64,000 nt of DNA from positions 720,945-784,944 of the forward strand of contig CAVQLZ010000019.1 of assembly GCA_963713465.1 (NCBI GenBank), read 5' to 3'. This DNA comes from an uncultured Acidobacteriaceae bacterium (GTDB lineage Bacteria > Acidobacteriota > Terriglobia > Terriglobales > Acidobacteriaceae). The notes under the pieces are model-generated. The model searched no databases. It was not told the DNA's origin and was given only the letters and a program-made list of their open reading frames with translations. Each line of letters opens with the position of its first letter. Positions within the stretch are counted from its first letter, which is position 1. The position numbers and the translations under genes were made by a program. Of this stretch, positions 58,701-64,000 are shown piece by piece.

Positions 58701-58922
58701 CATATCCTGGCGGAATCGTTCAATCTCTTTAACCGAACGAATGCGCGTGTGCAGATCAGCGACGACGGCTTCTATAACTCGGCGGGACAATTTATCGCGT
58801 ATACCACCACCGCCTACGGGAAAATCTATCCCGGCGAGTTCTTAGTGAATTCGAATTTCCTCACTCCCACTAATTCCTATGCACCCAGGCAGGTGCAGTT
58901 CGCATTGAGAATGAGCTTCTGA
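55710..58922 (+). CDS. large TonB-dependent-receptor-like outer membrane protein with CarboxypepD_reg domain
   Basis: GTVEDASGARIASAAVVV...GNFSFGMLPPGRYDV, followed by a plug-like region and a long beta-barrel that ends in ...FALRMSF. The likely start is ATG 55755, which gives a signal peptide. Confidence 0.85.
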   Translation: MAHGDSTFPIRTVPGMVRTHAYSAALRICVVLVLALILPQRFHAQDGSTSLQGTVEDASGARIASAAVVVTDASRGFRLQDRTDALGNFSFGMLPPGRYDVTASAPGMAARTSRGVELLVGGVSSVQLRLAPAAVAQTVTVTASPVVIETQTGEVSHVVTQTAIEGLPLNGRRFTDLALLSSDVVQDPRGLTSDSNGDLAVGGVRGFQNSFLVDGADDNNSFYAQARGRYSAPYQFSNEVIQEFRVSKNSYSAELGRSGGAVFNVVTKSGTNQWHGGAFYYLRNSEFDAQQPFTDTKPDDRQQQFGGTIGGPIRKDRIFLYAGFDQHLLTVPSIVQFGSGAPTVTPQPTDYDYTDQQLVFAAAQKLNNMGGTYPTNMQGNAGFAKVDFHLSSKQMAFVRLSTSMLTGTNNVFFDPSSPLTGYAATANGSQDVHTESLAGSLFSSWSTNLATNLRLQWSRDLQQLTSNSDQPWTKIYDLMDGFGGSSTLPRDTNEKKLNLAETVSYEHGRMHWKFGGDVIQAWTYNYYPYLFGGEYYFDDIKVNPFTFAPQEYGEPLSPLAAYAHDVPRYYMQDFGDPVSHPNSRVYAAFVQNTFRMTENFTLNLGVRYDLQTFEPGALVSDPLYAPSGKVPTNLTNFSPRLGFAYGTHGDHPFVVRGGAGLFYMPIPSMYISQVATDNGQSSQLFLNLMQPAQAALFPTYPAALVKCPQGPQVCTPSAALAPYLTTTVSAFAPNFQTPHSEQANVGVQRELGRHIVASVSYEYVHGIHEIRSLNVNLPPPTMTEYPVYNDTGSVYLGTYDVASFASWQTTPTAACPYPPCINPVQRPIPQLGTINSFQSESSSLYNGMTASVKRTMSNGMYFMVGYTLSKAMDNGPDALVVGRPGNVQNSYDTTAEWGPSTTDQRNRFVAAWVTDPKFNLQNGTLNALANHWKFSSIVTSGSGRPVNATIAGDPNEDGNIYNDRLPGYVRNAFIGPDYFSTDLRISRTIKCGERVTWHILAESFNLFNRTNARVQISDDGFYNSAGQFIAYTTTAYGKIYPGEFLVNSNFLTPTNSYAPRQVQFALRMSF

Positions 58923-59041
58923 TCTTCATCTGGCACTAAAGTCTTATAGCAGTAAACCTTACGTCCCGCCGCTGACGTAAGTCTTCGCTTGACTTCCGGC
59001 AGCAACAAAGGGATAACTACTAACGTCCATTTGGGACGAGG

Positions 59042-59258
59042 GTGGGGTGTTCGCTGTTTGGCGGGGAAGTGCGCATTCAGGAGGGTGAAGCGTTAGACAA
59101 CGCCCTGCGACGTTTCAAACGCAAGATCCAGCGAGAGGACATGATCAAGGAAGTCGAGGGTCACTCCTTCTACCTCAAGCCGGATGAGAAAAAAACGAGT
59201 GAAGCAAGCGATGGCGCGCAAGCGTAGCCGAAGGAAGGCTCGTAAAGAGCAGGACTGA
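59042..59258 (+). CDS. rpsU: 30S ribosomal protein S21; reading frame interrupted at an A7 run (59189-59195)
   Basis: EVRIQEGEALDNALRRFKRKIQREDMIKEV..HSFYLKP.EKK is in frame 2. The canonical basic tail RVKQAMARKRSRRKARKEQD* is in frame 3, reached by skipping one A. As written, the ORF stops at 59227. Confidence 0.8.
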
Positions 59259-59267
59259 TCCACAACC

Positions 59268-59300
59268 GGGCCGCCGTCACTATGGCGGCCCTTGCTGTTG
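59268..59300 (+). terminator. putative intrinsic terminator after rpsU
   Basis: gggccgcc-gtcactat-ggcggccc followed by ttgctgttg. Confidence 0.5.
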
Positions 59301-59501
59301 CATAGGGGAACAACCGTTTCATCCAGCCGGAACGCAGTTTTATTAGTAGTGCCATGCCTTTAAGCATGGGGGCCGAACCCAGGGAGATGTACCTGAGCAG
59401 CGGAATTTGCGATTGTCGGCCGAGAACCATGGTTCTTCGTCGGCCGCAAATTGACCCCGTCCGTTTGCTCGGCAGTCAGGGGCTAAAGGGAGTAAGTCTC
59501 C

Positions 59502-59810
59502 ATGGAATATCAAGACAGGATTCTGAAGTGTATCGACTGCGGCACCGACTTTGTCTTTACCGCGGGAGAACAGTTGTTCTTCCATGACAAGCAGTTCAAG
59601 AACGAGCCCAAACGTTGCAAACCCTGCAAGGCGAAACGCGCCTCGACCCTGGGCGCCACTACTCCGGGAAACTACCCCCGAGTGGAGACCAGAACGAATT
59701 GCTCCGGCTGCGGGAAGGAGACGACCGTTCCCTTCAAGCCCACGCAAGGTCGGCCTGTCTTCTGCCGGGAGTGCTTCCAGCAGCGACGAACCAGCGCTGC
59801 CACTGCCTGA
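59502..59810 (+). CDS. zinc-ribbon (CxxC-x17-CxxC type) protein
   Basis: KCIDCGTDFVFTAGEQLFF....F.NEPKRCKPCK and a second module CSGCGKETTVPFKPTQGRPVFCRECF. Confidence 0.8.
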   Translation: MEYQDRILKCIDCGTDFVFTAGEQLFFHDKQFKNEPKRCKPCKAKRASTLGATTPGNYPRVETRTNCSGCGKETTVPFKPTQGRPVFCRECFQQRRTSAATA

Positions 59811-59917
59811 TTGCAGAATTCCACCGTTTCCGTAGCGCCGTCGCTGTAATTTGGACGTGCGGGGAGTGGTGTGTTCAGCTCCCCTACCGCAGAAGTTCCC
59901 GGAAACCCCGATCGCAG

Positions 59918-60805
59918 ATGCTCGCTAAGTGCAATGTGCTCCTCTCGGTCTTATTGTTCCTTGGAACCTCCTATGCTGCGAGCACAGTTGCCGGTTTTCG
60001 CGACATCTCCTGGAGTCCCGCGAAGATCACGCCGGGTTCGCCCTGCCTGTTTCGTGTCGAGATGTCGGTCGTCCCCGCATCGCTGATCGGAACCTGGCAG
60101 GGACATGACGTGACCTTCGCCCCTTCAACCAATCGCGATGTATGGTATGCGCTGGCGGGTGTCGATCTTGAAGTAGTGCCAGGCAACTATCCCCTCGAAC
60201 TCCGGGCCACGCTTCCCAATGGCGCGGTGCTGCGCGAGCAGCGGACGGTTGTGGTCGCGCGCGCGAAGTTCCCGACGGAAACCCTGCACGTACCGCCGCG
60301 TTTCGTTGAGCCGGGTCCCGAAGACCGCCAGCACATCGAGGCCGACCGGCAGCTTAAGCATGCCGCTTTTGCGCACCAGGCCCCCGCGGCCGAGTGGTCG
60401 GGAAACTTTCGCCCTCCGGTCAACACTGCCGTCTCGGAAGGATTCGGCACGCGCCGCACCTTCAACGGCAAGCTGGCCAGCGTTCATCGCGGGCTCGATT
60501 ATCATGCGGCCCCGGGCACGCCGGTCCGGGCGGCAAATTCGGGCGAAGTGGTCCTGGCGCACGAATTGTTCTATGAAGGCAACTGCGTGATCATCGACCA
60601 TGGCCTGGGTTTCGCGACCATCTACATGCATCTTTCGCAGCTTGAGGTGAGCGTGGGACAGCGGGTGGAAAAAGGTCAGGAGATCGGGCTCTCCGGGGCT
60701 ACCGGCCGCGCCACGGGACCGCATCTGCATGTCGCCGCGCGCTGGCAGGGGGCGTATCTCGATCCGGCGCAATTGTGGACGTTACGCATGCCCGATCTGC
60801 GGTAA
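59918..60805 (+). CDS. M23-family metallopeptidase
   Basis: HRGLDY...G.PV.A...G.V...........G..VIIDHG.G..T.Y.HLS...V..G..V..G..IG..G.TGR.TGPHLH. Signal peptide from ATG 59918. Confidence 0.85.
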   Translation: MLAKCNVLLSVLLFLGTSYAASTVAGFRDISWSPAKITPGSPCLFRVEMSVVPASLIGTWQGHDVTFAPSTNRDVWYALAGVDLEVVPGNYPLELRATLPNGAVLREQRTVVVARAKFPTETLHVPPRFVEPGPEDRQHIEADRQLKHAAFAHQAPAAEWSGNFRPPVNTAVSEGFGTRRTFNGKLASVHRGLDYHAAPGTPVRAANSGEVVLAHELFYEGNCVIIDHGLGFATIYMHLSQLEVSVGQRVEKGQEIGLSGATGRATGPHLHVAARWQGAYLDPAQLWTLRMPDLR

Positions 60806-60811
60806 AGGCAC

Positions 60812-61034
60812 TTTCGAGTTTCGAGTTTCCAGTTTCAAGTTGCGACCTACAAGTCACGATCTGGATTTCTCCACGCTCCTTCGCTTGACGCTGGAACGCA
60901 AACTTACAGCGACGTTCTGCTCAAATAGCATGGGCCGGAATAGTCGCAATGACCATCCGGCCTGATCCTCGCTTAAAACTCGAAACTGTTTTAATGCGCT
61001 TGCTCGAAACTTGAAACTCGAAACTTGAAACTGC
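60812..61034. repeat. heptamer-arm inverted repeat (GTTTCGA/GTTTCAA words) between convergent genes
   Basis: tttcgagtttcgagtttccagtttcaagt / aaaactcgaaactg ... ctcgaaacttgaaactcgaaacttgaaactgc. It includes an 18-nt direct repeat covering the response-regulator stop. Confidence 0.8.
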
Positions 61035-61035
61035 T

Positions 61036-61494
61036 TTAATGCGCCCGTTTCGCTGCGGCAGGACGCTCGCTCTTGCCGGCACCCGCAATGGCGGCTTTCT
61101 TTTCCCGATCGTACGCAAGCATTTTGTGGTCCTGGTGGGTGATGAGCAGCGCCTCCAACTGGCGCAGCAGTTCGTTGGTGTTCACAGGTTTGACCAGCAG
61201 AGAATGCACCCCTTTGCTCTTCCACTCGTTCCCCAGCGAGGGATAGGCGGTCAGCAGGGCGGTGGCGGGATCGTAGGGCTGCTGGCGGGCGGCGCGGATA
61301 ACGTCGTAACCGGCGGTTTCGGTTTCCATGCGCATGTCGGTGATGACCATCTCATAGACGCCGCTCTTCAACTTGTGCTGCGCTTCCTTCGACGAGGCCG
61401 CGGTGTCCACTTCAAAACCGTTCATCTCCAAAATTGCGCGGAGCGTGAGAAGAATTGCCAGCTCATCATCAACTAACAAAATGCGACGTTTCAT
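61036..61494 (-). CDS. single-domain response regulator (CheY-like receiver)
   Basis: ILLVDDE...MVITDMRM...LVKP receiver motifs. Confidence 0.85.
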   Translation of the reverse strand: MKRRILLVDDELAILLTLRAILEMNGFEVDTAASSKEAQHKLKSGVYEMVITDMRMETETAGYDVIRAARQQPYDPATALLTAYPSLGNEWKSKGVHSLLVKPVNTNELLRQLEALLITHQDHKMLAYDREKKAAIAGAGKSERPAAAKRAH

Positions 61495-61638
61495 GGGAAC
61501 TCCAGGGGACAGCCCTCGCCAGCGGTGAGGAATTTCGACTTCAACACCCCACAGCCAATTGCTGCATGCTTGCTGTCAACGACTACTGCTTTAGTGTGAT
61601 TCTAACCTGTCCCGCGCAAGCGCGCAAAATGGCCGCAA

Positions 61639-63105
61639 GTGGTCGGTATAATCGTCGTTGTGGCGACCTACCATGTTCAAAACTTCGGATGCCGCGCGAC
61701 CCAGGCCGACGGTGCGGCCATCGAGCGCCAGTTGCTCGAGCGCGGATTGCTGCGCGCCGAGGGCGCCAGCCAAGCCGAAGTCGTCGTCCTCAACACCTGC
61801 ACGGTAACGGCTTCGGCCGATCAGGACGCGCGGGCCGCAATACGCCGTATTCACCGCGAAAATCCTGGGGCGCAGATACTGGTAACGGGCTGCTACGCGC
61901 AGCGCGCGCCGGAAGAATTGTCGGCAATTCCGGGTGTGAGCCTGGTAATCGGAAACTCTCACAAGCATCGCTTGGCGGACTATGTTGGGCCTTTCGCGGA
62001 GAAATCCGCGCGCCCTACTCATCCCCAGTCCTGGGTCGGGTGCCCCACTCATCCGCGGGTTTCGGATGAGTGGGAGATCGTTATCAGTCCAGAAACTCCA
62101 GGTAATAATTTTGTTCCGCTGGCGCAACTTGGCGCACCTACGGAGTCGAAAGTCATCGTCGGTGACATCTTCGCCCACACCGAACTCACCGCTGCGCCGG
62201 TCTTCGACGGCGACTCGTTGGAGAAGACGCGACCCAATCTGAAGGTGCAGGATGGCTGCAATAATCGTTGCTCGTTCTGCATCATCCCGTACGTGCGCGG
62301 GCGTAGCCGCTCGCTCAAGCTGGACGAAGTAATTCGCGAAGTGGGCGCGCTGGTCGCAAGCGGCTACCGCGAGATCGTGCTGTCGGGAATAAATCTTGGC
62401 CGCTGGGGACGCGAGCTACAGCCGCAGATGCGGTTTGCCGATATGCTGCGCGCCATCCTAGAGCGCACGGCGATCGAGAAGCTGCGCATCAGCTCGGTCG
62501 AGCCCATGGACTGGTCGAACGAACTGATCGAGTTGGTGGCGTCGTCGCCGCGAATCTGCAAGCACGCGCACGTGCCGCTGCAATCGGGCAGCGACCGCAT
62601 TTTGCGCAAGATGCACCGCAAGTATCGCCCGTGGCACTACGCCGATCGCATCGAGCGCATCCGCCGCGCCATGCCGGACGCGGCGATTGGCGCAGATGTG
62701 ATGGTCGGTTTCCCCGGCGAGACCGACGACGACTTCGACGAGACGCGCGCCCTGATCGAACGCCTGCCATTCACGTATCTGCACGTCTTCACATATTCGT
62801 CGCGTCCGGGCACGCCGTCAGCGGCGATGCCCGACCAAGTGCCAGTGCAAGTCGCGCGCGAACGCAATCGCATCCTCCGCGAGTTGGCGTCGCAGAAGAA
62901 GCGCGCGTTCATGGAATCGTTCGTCGGGCGCGAAGTGGAAGCCATCACGTTGACGCACTTCGACGGCGAGTACACCGAAGCACTGACGGACAACTACCTG
63001 AAGTTGCGCGTGCGCGGGGAGCGCGCGGCAAATCACTCGTTCCGAAGCAGCGTTCATGCGGTTGCAGGCGACGCTCTGATCGGCGCTGCACGAGGTTTGT
63101 TGTAG
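61639..63105 (+). CDS. mtaB: tRNA methylthiotransferase, MtaB-like radical SAM enzyme
   Basis: FGCRATQADG N-terminal MTTase domain, GCNNRCSFCIIPYVRG radical-SAM motif and HVPLQSGSDRILRKM. Start is GTG 61639 or GTG 61660. Confidence 0.8.
   Translation: MVGIIVVVATYHVQNFGCRATQADGAAIERQLLERGLLRAEGASQAEVVVLNTCTVTASADQDARAAIRRIHRENPGAQILVTGCYAQRAPEELSAIPGVSLVIGNSHKHRLADYVGPFAEKSARPTHPQSWVGCPTHPRVSDEWEIVISPETPGNNFVPLAQLGAPTESKVIVGDIFAHTELTAAPVFDGDSLEKTRPNLKVQDGCNNRCSFCIIPYVRGRSRSLKLDEVIREVGALVASGYREIVLSGINLGRWGRELQPQMRFADMLRAILERTAIEKLRISSVEPMDWSNELIELVASSPRICKHAHVPLQSGSDRILRKMHRKYRPWHYADRIERIRRAMPDAAIGADVMVGFPGETDDDFDETRALIERLPFTYLHVFTYSSRPGTPSAAMPDQVPVQVARERNRILRELASQKKRAFMESFVGREVEAITLTHFDGEYTEALTDNYLKLRVRGERAANHSFRSSVHAVAGDALIGAARGLL
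62014..62073. repeat. family B hairpin units inserted in frame inside mtaB
   Basis: cctactcatcc-ccagtcctggg-tcgggtgcccc-actcatccg-cgggttt-cggatgagtggg, translated PTHPQSWVGCPTHPRVSDEWE. Confidence 0.7.
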
Positions 63106-63178
63106 CTTTGGCTACCGTAGGTTTCGGCAATCCCATGCTATACTTTTCGCAGACTAGCAGTTAGCAGCGGAGGACTGT

Positions 63179-63781
63179 ATCGATAAACGTTTTATCCGCA
63201 CGAATGAGCGTATTCGTGCCCGCGAAATTCGCGTCATCGACGACGAAGGCAACCAGCTTGGCATCATGCCGCCCTTCGAAGCGCTCAAAAAAGCCCGCGA
63301 AAAAAGCCTCGACCTGGTAGAAGTTTCTCCCACCGCGCAGCCGCCGGTTTGCCGCATCATGGATTACGGCAAATACCTGTACCAGGCGGAAAAGCGCGAG
63401 CGCGAAGCCAAGAAGCACCAGCACCAGATCACGGTCAAGGAAGTGAAGTTCCGCATCAACGTGGACGATCACGACTACGAGACCAAGAAGAACCACGTGC
63501 TGCGCTTCCTCGACGAAGGCGACAAGGTGAAGGCCACCATCTTCTTCCGCGGCCGCGAAATGACGCGCCAGGGGCTGGGCCGCGAGATCCTCGACCGGCT
63601 GATCAAAGACCTGGGCGACAAGGCGATCGTGGAGTTCCGTCCGCGGCAGGAAGGCAATACGCTGCACCTGATCCTGGCGCCTCCGAAGGCGCAGACGCCA
63701 GCCAAGCCGCCAAAGCCGCCGCAGCAGGGCACGCCGCAAGCGCAGCCACAGCGTCCGCCCGCGCCACAACAGCAACAGTAA
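63179..63781 (+). CDS. infC: translation initiation factor IF-3 with a non-canonical (ATC) start and a Pro/Gln-rich tail
   Basis: The conserved N-terminus IDKRFIRTNERIRAREIRVIDDEGNQLG lies upstream of the first ATG (63266). The frame is open only from 63158 and contains no ATG/GTG/TTG there. GGAGG at 63169-63173 lies 5 nt before ATC 63179. Confidence 0.85.
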   Translation: MDKRFIRTNERIRAREIRVIDDEGNQLGIMPPFEALKKAREKSLDLVEVSPTAQPPVCRIMDYGKYLYQAEKREREAKKHQHQITVKEVKFRINVDDHDYETKKNHVLRFLDEGDKVKATIFFRGREMTRQGLGREILDRLIKDLGDKAIVEFRPRQEGNTLHLILAPPKAQTPAKPPKPPQQGTPQAQPQRPPAPQQQQ

Positions 63782-63872
63782 CGCCGCCATTCGCTGTTCG
63801 CTTTTCGCGTGAACCGTTGTCGTACCGCGCTGGCCGAATTCCGGCGTTGTATGTTGTAATGGATAGATCACT

Positions 63873-64000
63873 ATGCCAAAGCTGAAGACTCATAGCGGAG
63901 CGGCCAAGCGCTTTCACAAGACAGGAACCGGCAAGATCAAACGCGGTCACGCGTTCAAGCGCCACATCCTGACTTCGAAGGGCACCAAGCGCAAGCGCCA
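63873..64000 (+). CDS. rpmI: 50S ribosomal protein L35 (partial; runs off the window end)
   Basis: [42 protein letters not shown] and the conserved infC-rpmI order. It is absent from the ORF track because no stop lies in the window. Confidence 0.85.
   Translation, partial: MPKLKTHSGAAKRFHKTGTGKIKRGHAFKRHILTSKGTKRKR

Noticed and set aside
59615-59917. N-terminal extensions of called ORFs: 59615-59917 upstream of the M23 peptidase gene, 53753-54079 upstream of rlpA, 279-347 upstream of the 376-aa protein gene, 28002-28037 upstream of sucD, 29395-29478 upstream of sucC and 48461-48583 upstream of the dipeptidase gene.
   Set aside because: The extensions overlap neighbouring genes or repeats, lack family similarity, and precede internal starts that produce proper signal peptides or canonical N-termini.

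Overview
This is a 64-kb, high-GC chromosomal window. Its gene content looks acidobacterial: paired acidobacterial-type VWA proteins, very large CarboxypepD_reg-type TonB-dependent receptors, a DUF1800/DUF1501 pair, an S55 peptidase and several dispersed palindromic repeat families. That assignment is inference from memory, and no search was run.

I can support about 55 protein genes.
- Housekeeping blocks: ndk-sucD-sucC, ribH-nusB, rpsU, and mtaB-infC-rpmI.
- Other core genes: a TetR-linked RND efflux operon, a PAS-rich hybrid histidine kinase, an HtrA protease, an M19 dipeptidase, an M23 peptidase and rlpA.
- Accessory patches: the right end of an AT-richer integrase-bearing element (1-2.6 kb); a tandemly duplicated brnTA toxin-antitoxin cassette (3.6-6.05 kb); an AT-richer orphan island with an unknown 311-aa gene, a split unknown gene and a heavily frameshifted pentapeptide-repeat/TIR gene (6.1-9.4 kb); one IS630 copy; and a mazEF pair.
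- I saw no rRNA, intact tRNA or CRISPR array.

The strongest signals not explained by genes are these:
1. A family of long intergenic inverted repeats whose arms are imperfect 7-nt tandem repeats, with a different heptamer word at each locus.
2. Modular hairpin + GGGGCACCC units that are also inserted in frame inside mtaB and inside a VOC-RibH fusion ORF.
3. A brnTA duplication whose non-coding flanks are near-identical while the coding core has diverged, mostly at synonymous sites.
4. Single frameshifts in rpsU (at an A7 run) and at the 5' end of the DUF1800 gene.
5. An infC gene that can only start at a non-canonical codon (AUC).

No clearly intact novel multi-gene system is visible. The best candidate, the 6.1-9.4 kb island, looks decayed. 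All coordinates for repeats and alternative starts were read by eye and may be off by a few nucleotides. All family names are from motif recognition, not from searches.
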